Source: Polyangiaceae bacterium (GTDB taxonomy: Bacteria; Myxococcota_A; Polyangia; Polyangiales; Polyangiaceae). From it: a stretch of DNA of 64,000 nt. Under the pieces are notes generated by a model. It was not told the origin of the DNA and did not search any database. It saw only the letters and a list, made by a program, of their open reading frames with translations. Below, piece after piece: positions 28,882-37,372 of the stretch; position 1 is the stretch's first letter, and the number at the start of each line of letters is the position of its first letter. The DNA is taken from NCBI GenBank assembly GCA_050013115.1, contig JBEKFX010000001.1:4934-68933 (forward strand), in the 5' to 3' direction. Both the position numbers and the translations under genes were made by a program.

Positions 28882-30885
28882 CTACGACTTTTGGTTGTAG
28901 TTCGTATTCTCGAGAAGAATGACGTTCGTCTTCGAACGCGTTTCGCCCACGCTGGTCACGTACACGGCCGGCTGGTCTTGGACGGGGCAAACCTTCTCAC
29001 AAGCGCCGCACCCGACGCAGAGGCTCGGATCGACGTGCGGACGCTGCAAATGGACCGTCCGATAGGCCGGAGGTGAGCCATCGGGCCCCGGCTTGCTGTC
29101 TCGTACGGGCACGTCAACTTCTTCAACCCAGATTGCCTTGGGCGACGTCGGGCAAAACTCCTCGCACACGATGCAGGGCGTCTGCATCGACCACGGCAAG
29201 CAGCGGCCGTGATCGTAAAACGCGGTTCCGATCTTGATCGGCGCCTGCCCGACGCCCATCTTCGCTTTCTCGTCGATTTTTTGGATGGCACCGGTCGGAC
29301 ATACCTGCCCACAGAGAACGCACGAGTATTCGCAGTACCCGATGCGGGCAATGAGAATTGGAGTCCACAACCCTTCGATGCCGGCTTCGAAGAAGGCCGG
29401 ATGGAGTGCGTTGTTCGGACACACCTTCATGCACTCGGCACATCGGATGCATCGTTCGAGGAAGGCACGCTCCTCCACGGCCCCAGGCGGGCGAATGACC
29501 TTCGCGTGATAGTTCACGTCGAGGGCATCGGCGATGCGCGCGGCAGGGAGAAACACGGCACCCGCACCGGCTACGGCGAGAGCGGTCCGCCGCTCGGTGT
29601 CGGGCGCGGTGACCGTGCTGCGACGGTTCGGAAGGAACGTGAATTTGATCACGTCTTCAGGACATGCATTCTCGCAGTTCATGCACATGTGACACTCGTC
29701 TTGCCGCCACTTCACCCCCCCTTGAGGAGAATCGGCACCCTGGCAATGAACAAGGCACAGGTTGCAGTCGGTGCATTTCGCGTGGTCCTTGGTCATCCCG
29801 AAGAGCGCGAACCGCGAAAAGACGCCCAGGAACGCTCCGAGGGGGCACAACACCCTGCACCAGAAGCGCGGGATGAAGCGGTTCGCAAAGAGGACGGCAA
29901 CGAACAAGAAGACGACGAACCATGTTTGATGAAAATAGAATTGTTTACTTTGCCAGACCGTTTGCGCGAGGAAGTCTTGAGTGTGGTCAGCTGCCCCCTG
30001 AATGAGGCGCGAATGCACGTCCTGCGCACCGCCTAGCGCCCGGTGCGATACGTACTGCAGGCCGGGGAGGATGCCGAGGCCGATCGAGCGCACGGCGATG
30101 CAGATCGGGTCGAAAAGACCACCAATCGCGCTTCCGGCGAACCCAGCCACGAGGAACGCGTAGAGCAAGTAATATTTCACACGCTGGTAGACGTGGGTCC
30201 GGTTGGCTTCGACGCGCGCAGCGCCACGTCCGCGGCGGCTCGGCAGCAGCCAGCCGAAAAAGTGATGGATCGTGCCGAAAGGGCAAATCCAGCCGCAAAA
30301 GACGCGCCCGAAAACCATCGTGAGCGCGAGCAAACCGACGCTCCACAGCAGGCCCCGGTAGACGACGTGGGTCGAAAGCAGCGTCATCGCGGCGACGAAC
30401 GGATCGACGAGTAGAAATCCTTCGACCGGGAGCGGGAGCCGCACCGGGGTGTCGGCGCGAGCGGCAAAACTCCCGCGAAAGGCCGTTTGAAAAAGAAAGT
30501 ACATGAAAAGCAAGAAAAAGAAGATCTGGCAGCCCCGACGCGCCCACTTCAGGATCACGGCCACCCTTCGCGGGGGAATTCCGCTGCCGGGACGCTTCTT
30601 CGGCTTCGGAACGAACCGGGACAAGGCGGTGGAAGGCGCGCCGCGGCCCGCGGGCTCTACGTTGAGCGCCGCCCCGACCGAGGCCGCACTCGACTGGAGT
30701 GCAGTCTGTGCCTTCTCCGCGGGCCCCGACGGTCCCGTCGGCCCGTCGAGCGCGGGCACCACGCCAGCGCGCCCCGTCTTCCACGGAATTGGTTGGACAT
30801 CCTTGTGCGAATCGGGCGGCCGCTCGATTCCAATGACGGGATCGAGCCGGACGCCAGCGTGGACGGGCCATGCGGACCGTTCCAT
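28882..30885 (-). CDS. membrane-bound polyferredoxin (NapH/NosH-like CX3CP membrane module plus multiple 4Fe-4S ferredoxin motifs)
   Basis: CGWICPFG and CRVLCPLG (CX3CP) within TM segments. Also CTDCNLCLVHC, CHMCMNCENACP, CIRCAECMKVCP, CVLCGQVCP, CIVCEEFCP, CVGCGACEKVCP. The N-terminal ~110 aa are low-complexity and the true start may be internal. Confidence 0.75.
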   Translation of the reverse strand: MERSAWPVHAGVRLDPVIGIERPPDSHKDVQPIPWKTGRAGVVPALDGPTGPSGPAEKAQTALQSSAASVGAALNVEPAGRGAPSTALSRFVPKPKKRPGSGIPPRRVAVILKWARRGCQIFFFLLFMYFLFQTAFRGSFAARADTPVRLPLPVEGFLLVDPFVAAMTLLSTHVVYRGLLWSVGLLALTMVFGRVFCGWICPFGTIHHFFGWLLPSRRGRGAARVEANRTHVYQRVKYYLLYAFLVAGFAGSAIGGLFDPICIAVRSIGLGILPGLQYVSHRALGGAQDVHSRLIQGAADHTQDFLAQTVWQSKQFYFHQTWFVVFLFVAVLFANRFIPRFWCRVLCPLGAFLGVFSRFALFGMTKDHAKCTDCNLCLVHCQGADSPQGGVKWRQDECHMCMNCENACPEDVIKFTFLPNRRSTVTAPDTERRTALAVAGAGAVFLPAARIADALDVNYHAKVIRPPGAVEERAFLERCIRCAECMKVCPNNALHPAFFEAGIEGLWTPILIARIGYCEYSCVLCGQVCPTGAIQKIDEKAKMGVGQAPIKIGTAFYDHGRCLPWSMQTPCIVCEEFCPTSPKAIWVEEVDVPVRDSKPGPDGSPPAYRTVHLQRPHVDPSLCVGCGACEKVCPVQDQPAVYVTSVGETRSKTNVILLENTNYNQKS

Positions 30886-30889
30886 CCGG

Positions 30890-31981
30890 TCATACCTCCT
30901 TCACGCGGAGGCTTTCCCAGCGCGTCGTGCCGAGTCCTCGCTTTTCGCCCATTGCGAGGTAGGCGAGGTTCTCGGCCTTTTGACCGATGAGAGTGCAACC
31001 GTAAGCATCCGCGGCGACTTGGTCCACGGATGCGATGACGGTGTGCATGTCCCGGGCGTCGTCGATGTTGCCGCCTTGCGGGCCGTTCCGCACGAGCACC
31101 CGCCAGGCATCGACGATGACCAGCGAAGGGCGCATGAAGGTGGCCAGGTCGGCGATCGACGTGTCGATATTCTGGTGAAGGCGGTTTCGACGACCACCGA
31201 GCACGCCGTACCAGTTTTTCATCGCGGCCGTGTACTTGGCCAGATTGTGATGTTTGGCGATGGGTACGTTGATGACCTTGTCGGCGTCGACGAGTGTCGT
31301 AAAGATGGGCCACTCGTCGAGCACGTCGCCCTTGAGCCGCATCGTGCGAAAGCGGTGTTCCTGGGGCAACACGACCTCGGCGCCGAGCTCGTAGGCCGCA
31401 CGCCAAATGCCGGAGCGCTGAAAGCAGCGATTCGGATCGTTGCACGAACCATCGGCAACGACGACCTTCTTCGCGCCAGCCTCGTAGGCGAGACGGACGA
31501 CGGCGCCGACCACCTCGGGGTTGGTGTTGGCCGCGTGGATCGGCATGCGATCCCATCCGATGTTCGGCTTGACAACGACGACGTCTCCCCTAGCAATGAA
31601 CTTTCGCATCCCCCCCATCGCGTCAACGGCACGCCGCACCAGCTGATCGGGGGTCGCGGTCGCCTCCGGCGAATCGTCGCCGGCCGCGCGTGGCGGCGCC
31701 CGCGCGATCGCAAGCTCCGCATGCCCAGCATCGCGCTCGACGACCCGGTAGTCACGCACCTGGCGCGATGCAGTCGAACGCGCCACGTCGAATCCGCCCC
31801 GATCCCAACGCGATCGCGCAGAGACCGAGGCCGCGGCGAGCACCGCCACCGTGCTTGCCACGCGTCCCAGTATCTCGCGGCGGGTGGGGTCCTCCACGTC
31901 CGCCGCGGTGCCTGCTGAGGACGGGAGACGGTCAGCGCTCACCTGTGATCCATACCCCGGCGCAAGACTGCTCGGCAACAA
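30890..31981 (-). CDS. DUF362-domain protein with twin-arginine (Tat) signal
   Basis: DPTRREILGRVASTVAVLAAASVSA (Tat motif T-R-R-x-I-L). GDVVVVKPNIGWDR..NTNPEVVGAVVRLAYEAGAKKVVVADGS is typical DUF362. Start uncertain (TTG 31981, GTG 31942 or the GTG encoding the Val of DVEDP). Confidence 0.7.
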   Translation of the reverse strand: MLPSSLAPGYGSQVSADRLPSSAGTAADVEDPTRREILGRVASTVAVLAAASVSARSRWDRGGFDVARSTASRQVRDYRVVERDAGHAELAIARAPPRAAGDDSPEATATPDQLVRRAVDAMGGMRKFIARGDVVVVKPNIGWDRMPIHAANTNPEVVGAVVRLAYEAGAKKVVVADGSCNDPNRCFQRSGIWRAAYELGAEVVLPQEHRFRTMRLKGDVLDEWPIFTTLVDADKVINVPIAKHHNLAKYTAAMKNWYGVLGGRRNRLHQNIDTSIADLATFMRPSLVIVDAWRVLVRNGPQGGNIDDARDMHTVIASVDQVAADAYGCTLIGQKAENLAYLAMGEKRGLGTTRWESLRVKEV

Positions 31982-32002
31982 ATGACCTTTGGGGCCGCTC
32001 GA

Positions 32003-33646
32003 CTACTGGGGTCGCCCGTGCCCTGGACCGAGGATGTCGTTCAGCTTCGCCAGGGCGTCGAATCCTTCGACGTGCGGCGGATGATGGCAGTCGAGACAGA
32101 CCGTGGGCCCCGGATGGGCCACGATGCGCGAGGGGTCGAGTGGCGCCTCGACGTGTTTCGAACCGGGGCCATGGCAGACCTCGCATTGAACATTGCGGAG
32201 GCCGTCAACATGGGTCACCGTGCTGCCTCCGGGCCTTTCGTATCCGGTGACGTGGCATGAGACGCAGTCGAGGTTGAACTCCTTGAATTGGGGCACGAGC
32301 GCCTGGTAGGCCGCCGCGTGCCGCGTGCGGTCCCAAACCTGACGCGCGGCAGGGTGGCACATGGTACACCTCTCGACTCCAACGTAGGTTGCGTCATGAG
32401 GACCGGCCGGTGGCGGCTGGCGATCAGCAAACTGAACGCGGTTGTGGTCGTCGACTACCTTGTAGTATGTTCGCATTGCCGTTTCGATTGCTGCGTCTTC
32501 CCCAAGCGACGGGCGAATTTCACGCACGGCGTAGCGGAAGAAGTTTCCACGCCCGGGGGCGGGCTTTGCGTCAAGGGCGCCACGCTCGGCTTCGAGCCGG
32601 GCAAGGTCGCGGCGCCGGGCCTCCAGGTCTTTCGGGCCCACACTGCGATCACGCTCCCAGGCCGCGATCCTGACGTGCAGATCGTCGATTCGCGTCGTCA
32701 GCTCCTCTCGCCGGGACGCGAGCTCGAGGCCGGTTGCGTCGGCGAATGCCATGACTCGGCCCGGCGCCGCGCCCTCGCGCACATAGAGGTCAAGAACCGC
32801 CACGGTCTGTAGGTGGTTGGCGGTCTGCACGACGATCACATCGCCGATCCGTTCTGCCTGTGGAGACGTTGTGTTGCCTTCGCCCGTCGATTTGGACGAA
32901 CCCACGACGACAGCGGTGAGCTCGGGCACGGCATCCGCGATTCGCTTGGCTTCGCCCCTGCCCACCGCGACAAGCGCCACAAGAACGTTGGCCCCCTCCG
33001 CTTTGGCCTGCTCGACGCCCCGGCGGGTGACTTCGATGGGGTCGGCGAGGTGCTCGCCGACTGGCGGCTGTCCGTACCCAACGAACCCAACGCGCATCCC
33101 GCCGCCAGCCACTTCGCGAACCACCGCGGACGAGAACTCCTTCGAACTGCGACCGTCGGTGAGGCCTACGCCGCCCGATGCACGCGCAAGTCTCGTCAGC
33201 CGATCGGAGCCTTCCGCCCAATCGTTGACGCCCGGCGCGAACGCGACGAAGTCGAGTCCGCGGAGCACGTCCGCGATCGTGTCGGCCTTCGCTCGGTCCT
33301 GATCCGCGTGCGATGGACTCACGATCGGATCCATAAAAAAGAGTGGCCCAGCCGAAGCCACGAATTGCGTGAGCCCAGCAGGCGTCGCGCTCTTGAACCA
33401 TGCGCCGAAGTGATCGAGCCCACCGAGCTGATCCTTCGTGCAACCGCAGGGCTCGAGTGCGCCCGCCATGTCGGAGACGAGGTAAAGCCGAAGCGTCGGC
33501 GGGCCGACGTCGGCCGCAACAGCTCGCGTCTCGACATCCGGAGCCGACGCCGTCTTGCACCCCTCAGAGGCCGCCACGCCGAGCCCCAGGATTGGAGCCG
33601 CCCAAGCAAAATGGTGCATCACAAACGACAGAAACGATCGGGGCAC
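32003..33646 (-). CDS. tetrahaem c-type cytochrome lipoprotein with large N-terminal non-haem domain
   Basis: Four CxxCH sites (CTMCH, CVSCH, CEVCH, CLDCH) in the last ~120 aa. GTG at 33646 yields lipoprotein-like signal MPRSFLSFVMHHFAWAAPILGLGVAASEGC. The listed ORF start 33829 would overlap the divergent kinase gene. Confidence 0.7.
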   Translation of the reverse strand: MPRSFLSFVMHHFAWAAPILGLGVAASEGCKTASAPDVETRAVAADVGPPTLRLYLVSDMAGALEPCGCTKDQLGGLDHFGAWFKSATPAGLTQFVASAGPLFFMDPIVSPSHADQDRAKADTIADVLRGLDFVAFAPGVNDWAEGSDRLTRLARASGGVGLTDGRSSKEFSSAVVREVAGGGMRVGFVGYGQPPVGEHLADPIEVTRRGVEQAKAEGANVLVALVAVGRGEAKRIADAVPELTAVVVGSSKSTGEGNTTSPQAERIGDVIVVQTANHLQTVAVLDLYVREGAAPGRVMAFADATGLELASRREELTTRIDDLHVRIAAWERDRSVGPKDLEARRRDLARLEAERGALDAKPAPGRGNFFRYAVREIRPSLGEDAAIETAMRTYYKVVDDHNRVQFADRQPPPAGPHDATYVGVERCTMCHPAARQVWDRTRHAAAYQALVPQFKEFNLDCVSCHVTGYERPGGSTVTHVDGLRNVQCEVCHGPGSKHVEAPLDPSRIVAHPGPTVCLDCHHPPHVEGFDALAKLNDILGPGHGRPQ

Positions 33647-33765
33647 GCGCTCTGTGGGCGAATGCGCAGGTGGTACGATTGGTTCGGCTTGTCTTGCACG
33701 AAGGCGCAGGCGTCGATCCATTTGAATGATCCCGGCAAGCCCCGCATAGATACACTTGGTTTTGG

Positions 33766-35829
33766 ATGTCGTCGGGTGAAAAGGCTTCGGGGCGGGGCTC
33801 ACCGCGGTCGCTACCAGGCGGACCGACACGGTTCGGGCCGTTCATCCTCGAGTCGCGGCTCGCGGTGGGCGGAACGGCCGAGGTCTACATCGCGCATCCC
33901 GTAGACCCGCAGGCCCGGCCGCGACGACTCGTCGTCAAGCGGATGCTGCCTCAATTTCTCGGCGACCCCGAGGGACGAACCATGTTTGAGCGGGAAGCGG
34001 CGCTCCATGCGGCCGTTCAGCACGACAACGTCGTCCGCGTGTACGGGTCGGGGACCGTCGACAACGAGCCATGGCTCGCGATGGAGCTCGTCGAGGGATG
34101 CGACCTCTTCCGCTTGCTGCGCCGGTTGGCCGGCGAAGGACGGACGGTTGGCGTCGGGCTGGCGACCTACATCGCGCGCCAGATGCTCGGTGCGCTCGAA
34201 AGCGTGCACCGCGCGCGAGATGCCACGGGAGCGCCGATGGGAATCGTCCATCGCGATGTGACGCCGTCGAACATCTACCTATCGAGCGACGGCGCTGTGA
34301 AACTCGGTGATTTCGGGATCGCTCGCTCGCTCAGCCGCCCAACATTTCGCAGCGCGGCCAGTGCCATTCTGAAAGGAAAGTTCGCGTACCTCGCCCCGGA
34401 GCAAGTCGCTGGCGAGCCATTCGACCAACGCGCCGACTTATTCGTCGCGGCGGCGGTCATCGCCGAAATCGCGCTCGGGCGACCGCTCTTTGCCGGCAGC
34501 GGTCAGCTGGCCGTGCTGCTCGCGATCCGAGACTGCCGCATCGAGCCGCTCCGCGAGGCGCGCGCCAGTCTCCCAAGGGGCTTCTTCGAGGTCATCGAAC
34601 GGGCCCTCGCGAGAGAGCCGGAATCGCGCTACGCGACCGCCGAGGCCTTTTCGAAGGCACTTGCGCCCTTCGAGGGCAACGCGGCGGCGGCGCGCACCGA
34701 ACTGGGAGTCCTCGTTCGTGCGGTTCAATCCGCCCCGTCGGTCGAGCAGATGCAAGCGGTCCGCGACAGCGCACAAAAACTGCGTGCCGCAGAGGCGGTA
34801 CAGGCCGCGCCTCATGGCGAATCCGAGCCTGCACGGATTTCGCGCGACGCTGCAAATCATTCGGTCGTCATCCGAGCCACCGGCCTGCGTCTGGGCCCCT
34901 GGGCTTTCGCGCGACTCGTCGAAGCGATCGCAACGGGCGAAATCGGCCGAGGCGACTCCGTCGAGTACATGGGTCGAGGCCCTCAGCCCATCGAAACCGT
35001 CGAGGATTTGGCGCGCTTTCTGCCCGCGAAGACGACCGGCATCACCGATCGAATCGGAGATTTCGGCGCTCCAGAATTCGCGGAGGACGTCTCGCCGGCC
35101 GCGCTCGTGCGCATCCTCGTCCATGTCCTCGAATCCGAATCGACCGGCGTGCTCTTCGTCGAAAGGCCGACCGACGCCGGCCAGACGTCGCGGCAGCAAA
35201 GTGCGGTCGGCCGAAAGGACCTCTACTTCGTCGGCGGCAAGCTGCATCACATCGCGTCCAACAACGCGAGCGAGCTGCTCGGCGAGTTTCTCGTCCGCCG
35301 CGGGATGATTTCACGCGAAGAGCTCGACCTCTCACTCGCCGTCCTGCCACGTTACCGCGGCCGCATGGGTGACACCCTCATCGCGCTCGGACTCATCGGC
35401 TCGATCGATATCTTCCGCGCGATCCGAGACCAAGGGCGCGATAGGTTCATCGATCTCTTTCGATGGCGTACGGGGACGCTCACCTATTACGCTGGCCCTT
35501 CGAGCCCCCAGCTGGATTTCCCGCTCGAGCTCGACCTCGCCCCGCTCATCGTGGCGGGCATCGGCGCCGCGATGCCGGGCCAACCGCCGTTCGACGCCTG
35601 GCGCGACCGGCTCGACCACACCCTGCGCGTGTCGACGATGGCCTCGCCGCGCGTGCGGAAGGCCGTTTGGCCGCCGATCGCCAAGCGGGTACTCGACCTC
35701 GTCCGCACGCCGCGGACGTTGCGCAGTCTGCTCGCCGCGATGACGCAGGATGGGACGACGACGGCCAACGATGCCCTGCCGGCGATCGAGGTCCTCATCG
35801 CAGCCAAAGTCATGACAATCAGCGCGTGA
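33766..35829 (+). CDS. Ser/Thr protein kinase with GYF_2-like and DUF4388-like C-terminal regions
   Basis: GGTAEVYIA, VVKRM, HRDVTPSNIYL, LGDFGIA, APEQ. C-terminus LVRILVHVLESESTGVLFV..LYFVGGKLHHIAS..LGEFLVRRGMISREEL resembles DUF4388. Confidence 0.85.
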   Translation: MSSGEKASGRGSPRSLPGGPTRFGPFILESRLAVGGTAEVYIAHPVDPQARPRRLVVKRMLPQFLGDPEGRTMFEREAALHAAVQHDNVVRVYGSGTVDNEPWLAMELVEGCDLFRLLRRLAGEGRTVGVGLATYIARQMLGALESVHRARDATGAPMGIVHRDVTPSNIYLSSDGAVKLGDFGIARSLSRPTFRSAASAILKGKFAYLAPEQVAGEPFDQRADLFVAAAVIAEIALGRPLFAGSGQLAVLLAIRDCRIEPLREARASLPRGFFEVIERALAREPESRYATAEAFSKALAPFEGNAAAARTELGVLVRAVQSAPSVEQMQAVRDSAQKLRAAEAVQAAPHGESEPARISRDAANHSVVIRATGLRLGPWAFARLVEAIATGEIGRGDSVEYMGRGPQPIETVEDLARFLPAKTTGITDRIGDFGAPEFAEDVSPAALVRILVHVLESESTGVLFVERPTDAGQTSRQQSAVGRKDLYFVGGKLHHIASNNASELLGEFLVRRGMISREELDLSLAVLPRYRGRMGDTLIALGLIGSIDIFRAIRDQGRDRFIDLFRWRTGTLTYYAGPSSPQLDFPLELDLAPLIVAGIGAAMPGQPPFDAWRDRLDHTLRVSTMASPRVRKAVWPPIAKRVLDLVRTPRTLRSLLAAMTQDGTTTANDALPAIEVLIAAKVMTISA

Positions 35830-37303
35830 GAGCCGCTGAAGCTCCGCCCGAGAAGGGCAGCAGCGTTTTCAAATCTTCGTCGGTGTACCGGAGCTGCAGC
35901 CCAAGGAAATAATCACGTTGCGATGGCAAAAAAACGTTGTCGACGCCGCCGAGCAACCAGAGGTGCTTGATAAACTCGTACTGGATGGACACGCGATAGC
36001 GGGGCTGCGGCTCGAGGCTGAAGCCAAAGAGATCCTGGACGATCTCGAACCGGTTCCTCAAAAGGTAAATGTCCAACCCGATACCGCCGGTCGACTCCTT
36101 GATCCCGAAACGGCCGACAAATGGACCGAATCGCTTCGCGAGCTGCAGGGAAAAGCGGAACGAATTCGTCGTGGTCGTGGTGATGGTCCGATAATGCGCG
36201 GGTTGGGTGGGATTGGTCGTATCGACGGTGGTGTCCGTGATCGACGTCAGGCCCTGCGGATCATCGACGAGTTCGATGTCGAAGTACTTGTCCTCCGACG
36301 GCTGCAGTCGAACTTCGACATAATTCTTGATCGTATTCGCGAGAAAATTGTAGTCCGTCCTCAGCCCGACGATCGTTTGCAAGCGGGTGAGGCTCTGTAC
36401 GTAATCATTCACGCCCTCGGCGACACCCTGCACCTCGTTGATGAGCTGGTCGTCCTTCGTCAATTTGCCAATCGTTCCCTCTCCTCGATCCACGCGGCCG
36501 GTGATGCTGTCAACGTGTGCAAGCGCACTCTCCAGACTCTTGCTCGCGCGATCCAACCTCTCGAAAGTATCTCGAAGGTCCCCCTTTTTCCCCTCCCCGG
36601 TCTGCCCTTCTTGCGCCATCAGAGAGCGAACGTCCTGAGTCACGATACGCACGTTTTCGAGGATCTGAGCGAGCTCGGGATTGGCATTACGTGTTATCTC
36701 GTCGACATTGCGCAGCGTATCATTCAGATATTCTCGATTTTCGCGGACAGTCTTGTTGATCGCGTCACTCGCGTCCGCAAGGTTCTGCAGGATTTCTCGA
36801 ATGTTCTGACCTCCCTGCTCGGTTCCGATCGAACCCGCGAGCTGCTTCGCGACCGCGCGGACGCTATCTGCAATCTCCTTGGCCTCGTCCAGAATCTGGC
36901 CGGCGGTTGCTTCTTCGACGATGACGTGAATCTCGTCGCCGTCATGGAGTTTGCGGCGATCGGGCGTTCCCGGCGTGAGGACTACAACGGACTCTCCGAG
37001 GAGCGATGCGGCTTTCTTCCCGAGCGTGGCGTTGTCGTAGAGCGCGACGTCGCCGTGCACTTTCACGTTCAACCGTGCCTCGCCGTGCTCGAGTCGAATC
37101 GAGTCGATGGTCCCGACCGGGATGCCCGCGATGGTGACCCGCGAGCGCGTCGCCAGGCCGGTCGCGTCGTCGATGAAAGCGTGCACGGTGTAGGTTCCGC
37201 CCCCGCCCACTTCCGGGCTGATGAATCGGTAGACCCCGTATCCGGCCGCTCCCGTCAGTGCGACGAAGATCCCTACCTTGGCCGCCTGCGTGCCTCTCGC
37301 CAT
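35819..37303 (-). CDS. MCE/MlaD-family protein with coiled-coil stalk and beta-rich C-terminal extension
   Basis: N-terminal TM helix, then the MCE domain YTVHAFIDDATGLATRSRVTIAGIPVGTIDSIRLEHGEARLNVKV. Convergent 11-nt overlap with the kinase gene. Confidence 0.8.
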   Translation of the reverse strand: MARGTQAAKVGIFVALTGAAGYGVYRFISPEVGGGGTYTVHAFIDDATGLATRSRVTIAGIPVGTIDSIRLEHGEARLNVKVHGDVALYDNATLGKKAASLLGESVVVLTPGTPDRRKLHDGDEIHVIVEEATAGQILDEAKEIADSVRAVAKQLAGSIGTEQGGQNIREILQNLADASDAINKTVRENREYLNDTLRNVDEITRNANPELAQILENVRIVTQDVRSLMAQEGQTGEGKKGDLRDTFERLDRASKSLESALAHVDSITGRVDRGEGTIGKLTKDDQLINEVQGVAEGVNDYVQSLTRLQTIVGLRTDYNFLANTIKNYVEVRLQPSEDKYFDIELVDDPQGLTSITDTTVDTTNPTQPAHYRTITTTTTNSFRFSLQLAKRFGPFVGRFGIKESTGGIGLDIYLLRNRFEIVQDLFGFSLEPQPRYRVSIQYEFIKHLWLLGGVDNVFLPSQRDYFLGLQLRYTDEDLKTLLPFSGGASAALTR

Positions 37304-37372
37304 AAGCTCGTCGAGGCTAACCTACCAGCGATCGTCCCGTCAGAGCGAAATTTGCCGGGGGAAAAGCTTCCC

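Noticed and set aside
27495-31918. Plus-strand ORFs 27495..28592 (365 aa), 29209..30036 (275 aa) and 30503..31918 (471 aa)
   Set aside because: They lie opposite hemE, the polyferredoxin and the DUF362 gene, whose minus-strand products have strong family motifs.
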